Below, piece after piece: positions 1 to 9,041 of a stretch of 33,744 nucleotides of DNA; position 1 is the first letter of the stretch, and the number at the start of each line of letters is the position of its first letter. The notes under the pieces were generated by a model. That model worked only from the letters and a program-made list of their open reading frames with translations. It was not told where the DNA came from and did not search any database. Made by a program: the position numbers and the translations under genes. The DNA is from Bacilli bacterium (GTDB lineage Bacteria; Bacillota_I; Bacilli_A; RF39; UBA660): positions 1 to 33,744 of the forward strand of contig DAOOPL010000002.1 of assembly GCA_035388245.1 (NCBI GenBank), given 5' to 3'.

Positions 1-489
1 ATTAATAATAAGTTTTGGATTTATTATTCCACTTGATACGTTATCCATAGTTATTATTTTGCTATCTTGATTAGCATTTGAATTAATATTACCTTTTTCT
101 ATCTTAGTTTCAATATCAAATTCTAATTTGCCATTTTTAATAGTTATACCACTATTTATTACATTACTATAAGTATGCTTATTATTATGATTTATATTTA
201 TTTTAATTATTTGATTTTCATTTGATATTGTAGATATAACAACCTCTGCATGAGATCTTTCTCCATTTAAATTAACTTCTATCTTACTATTAATTATATT
301 TTTATTACAAAATCTATTTAATATTAGTCTTGAATCTTTACCCAAATTAATAATTGTTTTGTTATTATTATCTATATTTACTAATTCAAATAAGTTTAAT
401 GATACATTATCTTTAATATTAATTTCTATATCTTTTTTATCATAAGTAATAGATAAATCTTGGTCTTCATCAATATTATATTTTTTCAT
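1..489 (-). CDS. sufD: Fe-S cluster assembly protein, SufD/SufB family (N-terminal 163 codons; 3' end runs off the window)
   Basis: I translated the minus strand from ATG 487-489 to position 1 and found 163 codons with no stop (MKKYNIDEDQDLSITYDKKDIEINIK...GKLEFDIETKIEKGNINSNANQDSKIITMDNVSSGIINPKLIIN). The start overlaps the sufC stop by 14 nt. Its position right after sufC matches the sufCD order of Firmicutes, and the C-terminal part resembles the SufB/D beta-helix region. Confidence 0.55.
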   Translation of the reverse strand, partial: MKKYNIDEDQDLSITYDKKDIEINIKDNVSLNLFELVNIDNNNKTIINLGKDSRLILNRFCNKNIINSKIEVNLNGERSHAEVVISTISNENQIIKININHNNKHTYSNVINSGITIKNGKLEFDIETKIEKGNINSNANQDSKIITMDNVSSGIINPKLIIN

Positions 490-1231
490 TTTTATCTATT
501 TCCTTAATATATTTATACCCATCTTTTTCTATTTTTGTAGCAAGATCATAATTACCACTTTTTACAATTTGTCCATTTATCATAATATGTACATAATCTG
601 GTTTTAAATATTTTAATATATCTGTATGATGCGTTACTACTATTATTGATACTTCTTTATGTTTTTCTTTATAGTCTTTAATATTTTTACCTACTAGTTT
701 TAAACTGTCAATATCAAGACCAGAATCAATTTCATCAAGTAATATTAGTTTTGGTTCTAGTATCATTAATTGTAATATTTCATTTTTCTTTTTTTCTCCA
801 CCAGAAAAGCCTTTATTTATTGAACGATGTACCATTGCTTCTTGCATATTTAAGTCATTTGTATATACATCTATTTGTTTAATAAAATCATATAAATTAG
901 TTATCTTATTATTTTTAATATTTAAAGCTGTACGTAAAAAATCAGAATTTGTTATTCCTTCTATTTCTGTTGGATGTTGCATAGCTAAAAATATTCCTTC
1001 TTTTGCTCTTTCATCAACTTTAAGTTTTAATAACTTTTTTTTATTATAAGTTATATTACCACCTAATACTTTATATTCTGGATCACCCATTATTACTTTA
1101 TTTAATGTACTTTTACCAGAACCATTAGGTCCCATAATAACATGAGTCTCTCCATCATTAACATCTAATGAAAAAGAATTTAATACTAATTTGTTTTCTA
1201 CTTTTACAATAAGGTTTTTAATATTAAGCAT
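476..1231 (-). CDS. sufC: Fe-S cluster assembly ATPase SufC
   Basis: Walker A GPNGSGKST, ABC signature FSGGEKKKNE, Walker B LILLDEIDSGLD, and the H-loop region VTHH. I prefer the ATG at 1229-1231, which is preceded by GGGGTGA; the track ORF begins at an upstream GTG. Confidence 0.9.
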   Translation of the reverse strand: MLNIKNLIVKVENKLVLNSFSLDVNDGETHVIMGPNGSGKSTLNKVIMGDPEYKVLGGNITYNKKKLLKLKVDERAKEGIFLAMQHPTEIEGITNSDFLRTALNIKNNKITNLYDFIKQIDVYTNDLNMQEAMVHRSINKGFSGGEKKKNEILQLMILEPKLILLDEIDSGLDIDSLKLVGKNIKDYKEKHKEVSIIVVTHHTDILKYLKPDYVHIMINGQIVKSGNYDLATKIEKDGYKYIKEIDKNEKI

Positions 1232-1313
1232 TATTCTCACCCCATAATAGATATTTTATCATTTTTTTAACATATTTTGTAAAAAATGTTAAAATATTAA
1301 GTGAGGTGATAAT

Positions 1314-1679
1314 ATGGACTGCATATTTTGTAAAATAATAAGTGGTGAAATACCAAGTAATAAAATATATGAGGACAATAATGTGATAACTTTTTTAGAT
1401 ATTCATCCAGATTCTAATGGGCATACACTTATAGTACCTAAAAAACATATTACTGATATATATGATATTGATGATCAAACTTTATTATATATTAATGAAT
1501 CAATAAAAATGGTAAGTAAATTACTAAAAGATAAATTGTATTTTGATGGATTTACTGTAATACAAAATAATGGAGATATACAAGATATTAAACATTATCA
1601 TGTACATATAAAACCATTTTATAAAATAGAACAAGATATACTAAATGTGAAAGAAATATATGAAAAAATAATGAATTAG
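1314..1679 (+). CDS. HIT-family nucleotide hydrolase/transferase
   Basis: CIFCKII near the N-terminus, a histidine triad HYHVHIKP, typical length of 121 aa, and an RBS GAGGTGA upstream. Confidence 0.85.
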   Translation: MDCIFCKIISGEIPSNKIYEDNNVITFLDIHPDSNGHTLIVPKKHITDIYDIDDQTLLYINESIKMVSKLLKDKLYFDGFTVIQNNGDIQDIKHYHVHIKPFYKIEQDILNVKEIYEKIMN

Positions 1680-1725
1680 ATTGTTATTTTTAATATATTT
1701 TGATATCATTACTAAGGGAGGATTT

Positions 1726-2844
1726 ATGAAAAACAATAAGAAAAATGCAAAAAAAGAAAAAAAAGTTATAAATGTGAAAGTTACTAAACCAAGAGAAAAG
1801 AAACATATAATTAAAAATTTTATGTCGAATTTAACTCTTGAACAAATTACTATGATCGGTCTTGGAATAATAATACTACTGCTTGTTATAATAGCAATTA
1901 TTAGTAATATAAAACCAACAATTAAAAATGGAGAGCAAATAGTTGCTAAAGTTAGTGGCAACACAATTACTGCAGATGAATTATATAATAGTTTAAGTAG
2001 TAAGTATGGTCGTGATCTATTAATTGATACAATAGATAATATTATATTAAATAAATTATATAAAACTACTAGTGAGATGGAAGCCTCAGCAGAAGCTACT
2101 ATTGAACAATATAAAAGTACTTATGGAGATCAATTTGAAGCATTTCTAGAATATAATGGTATATATGGTGGAGAAGATGAGTTTAAAATAGCATTAATTA
2201 AGAATACTAAGATATCTACTGTGGTAGATGAATATATAAAAGATTTAATAACTGAACCAGAAATGAAAGCATATTATGAAGAAAGTATATATGGAGATAT
2301 TAAGGCTAGTCATATATTAATTAAGTTTACTACAACAGATAGTTCAACAGATGATGAAGTAAAAGCTGATCAAGCAAGAGCACTTGCAAAAGCTAAAGAA
2401 ATAATTACTGAACTTAAGGGTGGTGCTGACTTTGCTACTCTTGCTAAAAAATATTCAGAAGATACATCTAACGCATCTAGTGGTGGTGATTTAGGATATT
2501 TCAATACAGGTACTATGGAAGAAACATTTGAACAAGCAGCTTTAAAATTAAGTGTTAATTCTTATACTAAAACACCAGTTAAAACAACATATGGATATCA
2601 TATAATACTTAAGACTGGTCAAAAAGATAAACCAACATATGCTAAATCTAAAGAAACTATTATTGAAAAATTAGTAGCTCAATACAAAGCTACAGATACA
2701 AAGATGACTTATAAAGCATTAATTAATATGAGAAAAACAAATAAATTAAAAATATATGATCCTGTACTTAAAAAAGCATATGATACATATATGAATGAGT
2801 TATTAAATTCAACAACTACAAACTCAACAACTTTAGCACAATAA
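1726..2844 (+). CDS. prsA: Membrane-anchored PrsA-like foldase (parvulin-type peptidyl-prolyl isomerase)
   Basis: Parvulin motifs ASHILIKF, GGDLGYF and YGYHIILK, preceded by a SurA-N-like region. One N-terminal TM helix (MIGLGIIILLLVIIAII) and no lipobox Cys. I chose the ATG at 1726 after the strong RBS AAGGGAGG; the track ORF starts upstream at 1681. Confidence 0.8.
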   Translation: MKNNKKNAKKEKKVINVKVTKPREKKHIIKNFMSNLTLEQITMIGLGIIILLLVIIAIISNIKPTIKNGEQIVAKVSGNTITADELYNSLSSKYGRDLLIDTIDNIILNKLYKTTSEMEASAEATIEQYKSTYGDQFEAFLEYNGIYGGEDEFKIALIKNTKISTVVDEYIKDLITEPEMKAYYEESIYGDIKASHILIKFTTTDSSTDDEVKADQARALAKAKEIITELKGGADFATLAKKYSEDTSNASSGGDLGYFNTGTMEETFEQAALKLSVNSYTKTPVKTTYGYHIILKTGQKDKPTYAKSKETIIEKLVAQYKATDTKMTYKALINMRKTNKLKIYDPVLKKAYDTYMNELLNSTTTNSTTLAQ

Positions 2845-2863
2845 AAAGGATATTAATCCTTTT
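2844..2863. terminator. Bidirectional hairpin terminator between prsA-like and recX
   Basis: AAAAGGAT-ATTA-ATCCTTTT is an 8-bp stem flanked by A-run and T-run, and it overlaps the recX stop. Confidence 0.55.
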
Positions 2864-3620
2864 TTATTTTATCTAAATCATCAATACTAAATCCTTTTTG
2901 ATATAATTTATTTCTAATAAAATTTTCTAAATATTCATCTTTATATTTTTTATTATATTTAGAATATAACTTATTATATTCTTTTTTTATATAATCAGCA
3001 TTAGGATTTATACATACTTTATCTAATTCATTTATTACTTGTTCTTTTGAATACCCTAAATTAGCAAAATAATTTAATGCTTTTATTTTTAATATAGAAC
3101 TGGCTTTCTTATTATTTAATCTAAAATATTTATTAATAAGATTAGATAATTTATTAATAAATATATCATTATCTATATCCTCAAATACTTCGCTTATTAT
3201 TTCTTCAGTAATACCCTTATCAAATAAATCTCTTTTAATCTTATATGGCCCATAATTAGTAATATTGATTCTATCATTAATAAAACTCTTAGCATAATTA
3301 AAATCATTAATATATTCTTTTTTAATTAATGTCTTAATTACATCTCCAACTAGATTAGGATCATATCCTTTTTTTATCAAATACTCTTCTATTTCTTTTT
3401 TACTTCTTAATGATTTAGAAATATAATTATATGCCAAAGAGTAGATACTTGCTTTATAATTATCTTTTATTAATTTATTTAATTTATCATTTGTTAATTC
3501 TTTATTTAGTAATAAATTATTATTTACTATTACATCTTCATAAAATATCTCTGTTTGACCATTATCAATATATATTTTATACTTACCTATTCCTACTTTT
3601 TTGAACTTAGTTATCTTCAT
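2853..3620 (-). CDS. recX: RecA regulator RecX
   Basis: Three-fold helical-repeat pattern typical of RecX (YNYISKSLRSKKEIEEYLIKKGYDPNLVGDVIKTLIKKEYINDFNYAKSFINDRIN). 255 aa. Confidence 0.7.
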   Translation of the reverse strand: MKITKFKKVGIGKYKIYIDNGQTEIFYEDVIVNNNLLLNKELTNDKLNKLIKDNYKASIYSLAYNYISKSLRSKKEIEEYLIKKGYDPNLVGDVIKTLIKKEYINDFNYAKSFINDRINITNYGPYKIKRDLFDKGITEEIISEVFEDIDNDIFINKLSNLINKYFRLNNKKASSILKIKALNYFANLGYSKEQVINELDKVCINPNADYIKKEYNKLYSKYNKKYKDEYLENFIRNKLYQKGFSIDDLDKIKKD

Positions 3621-3628
3621 AATTGCCT

Positions 3629-3823
3629 CTATACTACGTGTATTAAATCCTCTGCTACTTCTTCTAAAGCCCTACCCATACCCTTTTCATTTTTATATTC
3701 ACTAGTTTTTTTCTGTAAGTGACCTGTCTTATTAATTTGTTTACTTCTTCTACTTACAATATGTACTAGCATATATTTAGAAGGTACTTTTGTCAGCAAT
3801 TTATCAATTGATGGATAATTCAT
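3629..3823 (-). CDS. rpoZ: DNA-directed RNA polymerase subunit omega
   Basis: N-terminus MNYPSIDKLLTKVPSKYMLVHIVSRRSKQI matches the omega consensus (PSID.LL....KY.L....A.RA.Q). 64 aa. RBS GAGGAGG. Confidence 0.8.
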   Translation of the reverse strand: MNYPSIDKLLTKVPSKYMLVHIVSRRSKQINKTGHLQKKTSEYKNEKGMGRALEEVAEDLIHVV

Positions 3824-3874
3824 ATAATTTCCTCCTCATAATTTTAATGTATCACTTTTTTAATCTAAAAAATA

Positions 3875-3903
3875 AAATAAGTGTAAATATTTTACACTTA
3901 TTT
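3875..3903 (-). terminator. Intrinsic terminator after the small ORF pair
   Basis: Perfect 13-bp stem AAATAAGTGTAAA / TTTACACTTATTT with a 3-nt loop, followed by a T-rich run on the minus strand. It overlaps the stop codon at 3898-3900. Confidence 0.65.
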
Positions 3904-4179
3904 ACGTTTTAATTGGTCTGTTTGTCTTATTATTGCTTCTTTTATAAACTTATTTAATTCTATCTCTAAATTGTCTAGTTTCTCTATTCCTTCAACTTCC
4001 TCTGGTGAACTACCAAAGAAACATAATCTTTTTCTATTTACAATCCAATTGGAAAATTTATTACCTTTTTCTATAATTTCTTCTGGTGAGAGATTTGCAC
4101 TGTTTATATAATTTTTAAACATTTCAAATGCTATTAATTGTATTTTTACTATACTACTATCAGTTTTCACATTCATCAT
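3898..4179 (-). CDS. Hypothetical protein (93 aa), translationally coupled to the upstream 75-aa ORF
   Basis: ORF with an AAGGAA SD lying inside the 3' end of the upstream ORF, which it overlaps by 20 nt. I recognise no motif. Confidence 0.45.
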   Translation of the reverse strand: MMNVKTDSSIVKIQLIAFEMFKNYINSANLSPEEIIEKGNKFSNWIVNRKRLCFFGSSPEEVEGIEKLDNLEIELNKFIKEAIIRQTDQLKRK

Positions 4180-4387
4180 ATTCCTTTAAAAATTCATCTG
4201 CATCTCCATATTTACTAAGCTCTAACTTTAATCCTTCCAAGTCTTTACTAAGCATATACTTCGCAATAGTTTCATAAGGTATAATTGTTTCTATCTGTCT
4301 TAATATCATTCTTTTAAATATATGATCTGGTTTATCACCTTTAAATTTTTCTTCATAATCATATTCTACAACATCTAAAAAATTCAT
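4160..4387 (-). CDS. Hypothetical acidic protein (75 aa)
   Basis: ORF with RBS AGGGAG 8 nt upstream, starting 28 nt after the ffh stop. I recognise no motif. Confidence 0.45.
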   Translation of the reverse strand: MNFLDVVEYDYEEKFKGDKPDHIFKRMILRQIETIIPYETIAKYMLSKDLEGLKLELSKYGDADEFLKEYDECEN

Positions 4388-4415
4388 ATTTTTATCTCCC
4401 TATTACATTATACCA

Positions 4416-5720
4416 CTAAAACGGTAATTTTAGGTTCCCATTTTTAAACATCTTTAACATTTGTTTCATTTGTTCAAATTGTTTTAACAATTTATTTACA
4501 TCTTCTACCTTAGTACCAGATCCATCTGCTATTCTTATTTTTCTACTTGCTTTAATAATGTCTGGATCTTTTCTTTCTTTTAAGGTCATTGAACTTATTA
4601 TTGCTTCAATCTTACTTATTTGTTTTGGATCAACCGATATATTATTTAAACCAAGTTTAGATGCTCCTGGTAACATTTTTAATATATTTTCTAGAGGACC
4701 CATTCTTTTTATTTGTTTTAATTGACTCAAAAAGTCATCTAAATCCATATTACCTTTTTGTAATTTTTTGGCAACTTTTTCAGCTTCATCTTTATCTATT
4801 GCTTCTTCTGCTTTTTCAATAATAGATAATATATCTCCATCACCTAGTATTCTACTTACCATTCTTTCTTTATCAAATAAAGTAAGACCATCTATTTTTT
4901 CACTATTACCAACATACTTTATTGGAATGTTTGTTAAATGCTTTACAGAAAGTGCAACACCACCTTTAGTATTACTATCCATCTTAGTTAAAATAGTTCC
5001 TGTTAATTTTAATTTGTCATTAAATCCATTTATTACATTTATTGCATCTTGTCCAATCATAGCATCAATTACTAAAAGAATTTCATTTGGATTTGAAACA
5101 TTAATAATATTATTTAACTCTTGCATTAATACTTCATCAATATGTAATCTACCAGCAGTATCTATAATAATTACATCATAATTATTTTCTTTTGCATACT
5201 TAATACCATTTTCTACTATTAATACTGGATTAGTATTTTCATTATATACATATATATCTAATTCTTTACCTAAAGTTATTAATTGATCTATTGCTGCCGG
5301 TCTATATGTATCTGCAGCAATAAACATTACCTTTTTATTTTCTTTTTTCTTTAATAGATTACCAAGTTTAGCTACAGTTGTAGTTTTACCAGAACCTTGT
5401 AATCCAACTAACATTATTACTGATGGTTTTCTATTTAACACTAATGAATTATCTTCATTACCTAATATTATTAATAATTCATCTTTTAGTATCTTTAAAA
5501 ATAATTCTGCTGGTTTTAAACTTGATTTTACTTCTTCACCAAGTGCTTTTTCCTTTACATTATCAGTAAACTCTTTCACTACTTTATAATTTACATCTGC
5601 TTCTAAAAGAGCTAGTCTTACATCTCTAATAATATCACTAATATTACTTTCTGTAATTCTACCTTCCCCTTTTATATTCTTAATAACTTTTTCTATTTTT
5701 TCTGTTAGACTTTCAAACAT
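4416..5720 (-). CDS. ffh: Signal recognition particle protein Ffh
   Basis: N-terminus MFESLTEKI, the SRP54 GTPase motifs GLQGSGKTTT, DTAGR and TKMD, and a Met-rich M domain at the C-terminus. I chose the ATG at 5718-5720 behind the GGTGAT SD; the track starts 4 codons upstream at a TTG. Confidence 0.95.
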   Translation of the reverse strand: MFESLTEKIEKVIKNIKGEGRITESNISDIIRDVRLALLEADVNYKVVKEFTDNVKEKALGEEVKSSLKPAELFLKILKDELLIILGNEDNSLVLNRKPSVIMLVGLQGSGKTTTVAKLGNLLKKKENKKVMFIAADTYRPAAIDQLITLGKELDIYVYNENTNPVLIVENGIKYAKENNYDVIIIDTAGRLHIDEVLMQELNNIINVSNPNEILLVIDAMIGQDAINVINGFNDKLKLTGTILTKMDSNTKGGVALSVKHLTNIPIKYVGNSEKIDGLTLFDKERMVSRILGDGDILSIIEKAEEAIDKDEAEKVAKKLQKGNMDLDDFLSQLKQIKRMGPLENILKMLPGASKLGLNNISVDPKQISKIEAIISSMTLKERKDPDIIKASRKIRIADGSGTKVEDVNKLLKQFEQMKQMLKMFKNGNLKLPF

Positions 5721-5747
5721 TTCTATCACCAATAAGATTATAACAAA

Positions 5748-5773
5748 AATAACACTTTTTACAAAGTGTTATT
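5748..5773 (-). terminator. Intrinsic terminator upstream of the ffh promoter
   Basis: 11-bp stem AATAACACTTT / AAAGTGTTATT with a 4-nt loop. On the minus strand it is followed by TTTTTG and then TGTTATAAT, an extended -10 at 5737-5745. Confidence 0.6.
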
Positions 5774-5933
5774 ATAATAATGCTGCTACAAATATTAGAA
5801 TAAATGATATAAATACTATAACTAATATTGCAAAATCAGTAAAAACATCAAATACTGCTGTATCACTTATTTTAAATGAGTCACTAGCATTACTAAATAA
5901 TTTACTTTTTTGTTTCTTTTTTCGTTTAGCCAT
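5772..5933 (-). CDS. Small tail-anchored membrane protein (53 aa), hypothetical
   Basis: Hand-translated ORF not in the track: MAKRKKKQKSKLFSNASDSFKISDTAVFDVFTDFAILVIVFISFILIFVAALL. It has RBS AAGGTGA 4 nt upstream of the ATG at 5931-5933, a basic N-terminus and one C-terminal TM helix. Confidence 0.4.
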   Translation of the reverse strand: MAKRKKKQKSKLFSNASDSFKISDTAVFDVFTDFAILVIVFISFILIFVAALL

Positions 5934-5983
5934 TTAATCACCTTTTATTCTATAAATAAATTATAACAAAAAACACTTTTTTT

Positions 5984-6274
5984 TCAAATGTTTTTTAATA
6001 TTTCCTTTACAATTTTTTCATCTTTAATATTATTAATAACTTTCATTATATTATTATTCTTTTTATAAAGAGACAGTTTTTCTTCATAAAATATCAACTT
6101 CTTTTCAACTAGATTAACTGCTTTACTAACTGCATTTCTACTTACCTTTTCATTTTCACTTATTTCACTAAGTGTAAAATTATTAAAATAATAATCTTCA
6201 AAATATTTCTTTTGTTTGCTCGTTAATAAACTTCCATATATATCATATAGTAATATTAAATAGTCTCTATCCAT
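5984..6274 (-). CDS. ylxM: YlxM/p13-like putative helix-turn-helix protein associated with the SRP operon
   Basis: MDRDYLILLYDIYGSLLTSKQKKYFEDYYFNNFTLSEISENEKVSRNAVSKAV matches the UPF0122/YlxM sigma-70-region-4-like pattern. It lies right after ftsY. I chose the ATG at 6272-6274 after AAGGAG; the longer track ORF overlaps ftsY. Confidence 0.8.
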   Translation of the reverse strand: MDRDYLILLYDIYGSLLTSKQKKYFEDYYFNNFTLSEISENEKVSRNAVSKAVNLVEKKLIFYEEKLSLYKKNNNIMKVINNIKDEKIVKEILKNI

Positions 6275-6275
6275 A

Positions 6276-7226
6276 CTAAAACATCTCCTTAAATAATCCA
6301 TATATATATTCTTCAATATCAAATGGATATAAGTCATTAACTTTTTCACCAACTCCAATATACTTTACTGGTATTTTTGTTTCTTCTTTAATTGCTATTA
6401 CTATTCCACCTTTTGCTGTACCATCTAGTTTGGTTAATATTATTCCTGTAATATTTGTTATTTCCATAAACTTTTTTGCTTGATCTATTCCATTTTGACC
6501 TGTTGTTGCATCAATAATAAGTAGTGTTTCATGTGGGGCTTTATCTATTATTTTCTCACATACTTTATTTATTTTTGAAAGTTCATTCATTAGATTAACT
6601 TTATTTTGTAATCTACCAGCAGTATCTATAAGTACATAATCATATTTTTCATCTACTGCCTTTTCTAAAGCTTGATATATTACACTTGCTGGGTCTGATG
6701 TATTTACATTACTAAATACATCACAATTAATTTTCTTACCCAATTCATGTAGTTGCTCAATTGCTCCTGCTCTAAATGTATCTGCTGCTACCATAAGTAC
6801 TTTTTTATCTTTAAATTTATGAGCAAATTTTACAATTGTAGTTGTTTTACCTACTCCATTAACACCAATAAATAGTATTACTGTAGGTCCATTTTCATTT
6901 ATATTTATTTTATTAGTAATAATATCATTATCTACATATGCAATAAAAAGTTCATCTACTATTATTTCATTTAAAATACTAGGACTTGTTATTTTTTCTT
7001 TTGATATTCTATCTTGTAATTTATCCATAAATTTCATTACAGCACTAATACCAATATCAGCATTTATTAATATTTCTTCTAAATCATTAATATAATTATC
7101 ATTAACTTCTGAATATTGTTTTGATAACTTTGATAATTTATTCACAAAGTCTTCTCTTGTTTTTGATAATCCCTTTTCATATTCTGGTTTTACAAATACA
7201 TTTTTAATTTTAGAAAATATTCCCAT
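6276..7226 (-). CDS. ftsY: SRP receptor FtsY
   Basis: SRP GTPase motifs GVNGVGKTTT, DTAGR and TKLDGTAKGG, with an NG-domain layout. 316 aa. Confidence 0.95.
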   Translation of the reverse strand: MGIFSKIKNVFVKPEYEKGLSKTREDFVNKLSKLSKQYSEVNDNYINDLEEILINADIGISAVMKFMDKLQDRISKEKITSPSILNEIIVDELFIAYVDNDIITNKININENGPTVILFIGVNGVGKTTTIVKFAHKFKDKKVLMVAADTFRAGAIEQLHELGKKINCDVFSNVNTSDPASVIYQALEKAVDEKYDYVLIDTAGRLQNKVNLMNELSKINKVCEKIIDKAPHETLLIIDATTGQNGIDQAKKFMEITNITGIILTKLDGTAKGGIVIAIKEETKIPVKYIGVGEKVNDLYPFDIEEYIYGLFKEMF

Positions 7227-7340
7227 TTAAATCACCTAATGATATTTTAACATATAATATATTATTATTGGACAAATTATTAAAAAAGTAATATAATATC
7301 AGTTGTTAATATTCTTTAAAATTAACTTGAAAGGAGAATT

Positions 7341-9020
7341 ATGGAAAACAAATTAGATACTAAAGTGTTTGCTTTAGGTGGCCTTGGGGAAGTTGGTAAG
7401 AACATGTATTGTATTATGCATAACAATGAACTTATTATTATAGATTGTGGTGTTATGTTCCCTAAGGATGAATTGTTAGGAATAGATTATGTTATTCCTG
7501 ATTATTCGTTTTTAAAGAAAAATGAAGATAAGATAAAAGCATTATTTATTACACATGGACATGAGGATCATATTGGAGGTATTCCATTTTTACTTAGTAC
7601 AGTAAAAATACCTGTTATATATGCTCCTGATCAGGCGTGTGGTTTAATTAAGAAGAAATTAGAAAGAAAAGCATTAAGATATGATAATTTGGTAACATAT
7701 AAGGAAGATGATGTATTTAAGTTTAAGAACTTTACAGTAGAGTTTGTATCAACAACACACTCTGTACCAAGTTCATATTTGATTGTTATTAGTACACCAA
7801 ATGGAAAAATAGTACATACAGGAGATTATAAATTTGATTTAACACCAATAGGACCTGTTGCTAATATTCATAAGATGGCAGAGATTGGTAAGAATGGTAT
7901 TAAATTATTACTTAGTGAAAGTACTAATGCACTTAGTGAAGGGTTTTCTAAAAGTGAATCAAAGGTTGATGAGGCGCTTGGTGAAATGTTTGCTAATAGA
8001 AAAGTTGGTAGAATAATTGTTGTTACTTTTGCATCGAATATTTATAGATTAAAACATATTATTGAAACATGTAAAGTTAATAATAGAAAAGTAGTACTTT
8101 TTGGCAATAGTATGGAAAATAATATTGAAATTGCTATTCAAGGTGGATTTATAGATAATAGTGATAATATTCTTATTGATCAAAATGATGTGAATAAATA
8201 TAAAGATGAAGAATTATGTTTATTATGTACAGGATCACAAGGTGAAGCTTTAGCTGCTTTATCTAGAATAGCAAAAGGAACTCATAGACAAATAAAAATT
8301 AAACCTAATGATATGGTTATATTTTCATCTAATCCAATACCTGGTAATTCTGCAAGTGTTGCTAAAACTATTAATGCTTTATATTTACAAGGAGTAGATG
8401 TTTACACTACTTCATTATTAAGTGATATACATGCTTCAGGGCATGGATATCAAGAGGAATTAAAATTAATGATTCGTTTATTTAAACCTGAGTACTTTGT
8501 ACCAATACATGGTGAATATAGAATGATGAAAATACATAGAGATTTAGCAATAGATTGTGGTATTAGTAAAGATAAGATTTTCTTACTTGAAAATGGAGAT
8601 GTTATATCACTAGGTAGTGATGGTATTATTAAAAAAGATGGTAATGTTGGTGCCAAAGATGTATATGTAGATGGTAATAGAATTGGTGATATTGGTAGTT
8701 CTGTTATTAGAGATAGAAAAGTACTTGCCAATGATGGAATACTTGTAGCAGTATATAATGTGGATGTTAATAACAATACATTAATTGGTAGAGTAAATAT
8801 TATTACTAGAGGATTTATATTAGTAAATGAAAATGATGCATTAATTAAACAAATAGAGAGTTATGTTACTAATATTATTAATACATCATTATCAAATAAA
8901 GAATTTAATATTAAAGATTTAAAAAATCAAATAATAGCAGATCTATTAACTTATATATATAATGAAACAGGTAGAAAACCAGTTATACTTCCAGTAATGC
9001 TAGAAATAAATAAAAAATAA
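7341..9020 (+). CDS. rnj: Ribonuclease J
   Basis: N-terminus VFALGGLGEVGKNMY and the metallo-beta-lactamase motif THGHEDHIGG, followed by beta-CASP and C-terminal domains. 559 aa. Confidence 0.95.
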   Translation: MENKLDTKVFALGGLGEVGKNMYCIMHNNELIIIDCGVMFPKDELLGIDYVIPDYSFLKKNEDKIKALFITHGHEDHIGGIPFLLSTVKIPVIYAPDQACGLIKKKLERKALRYDNLVTYKEDDVFKFKNFTVEFVSTTHSVPSSYLIVISTPNGKIVHTGDYKFDLTPIGPVANIHKMAEIGKNGIKLLLSESTNALSEGFSKSESKVDEALGEMFANRKVGRIIVVTFASNIYRLKHIIETCKVNNRKVVLFGNSMENNIEIAIQGGFIDNSDNILIDQNDVNKYKDEELCLLCTGSQGEALAALSRIAKGTHRQIKIKPNDMVIFSSNPIPGNSASVAKTINALYLQGVDVYTTSLLSDIHASGHGYQEELKLMIRLFKPEYFVPIHGEYRMMKIHRDLAIDCGISKDKIFLLENGDVISLGSDGIIKKDGNVGAKDVYVDGNRIGDIGSSVIRDRKVLANDGILVAVYNVDVNNNTLIGRVNIITRGFILVNENDALIKQIESYVTNIINTSLSNKEFNIKDLKNQIIADLLTYIYNETGRKPVILPVMLEINKK

Positions 9021-9040
9021 AAAAGTCTATATAGACTTTT
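9021..9040. terminator. Bidirectional terminator between rnj and pnp
   Basis: Palindrome AAAAGTCTAT/ATAGACTTTT with flanking A-run and T-run between convergent genes. Confidence 0.65.
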
Positions 9041-9041
9041 T

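Noticed and set aside
4768-5181. Track ORFs antisense to well-supported genes. They are 1641-1964, 4768-5181, 8450-8776, 13151-13474, 15161-15370, 15520-15723 and 16352-16588. The set also includes 22288-22494, 22731-22916, 23739-24167, 25490-25729, 25920-26108, 26406-26681 and 29469-29672.
   Set aside because: Each lies entirely inside a longer opposite-strand gene that has clear motifs. Their translations are low-complexity (Ile/Ser/Phe/Leu-rich), as expected for shadow frames in AT-rich DNA, and they have no RBS.
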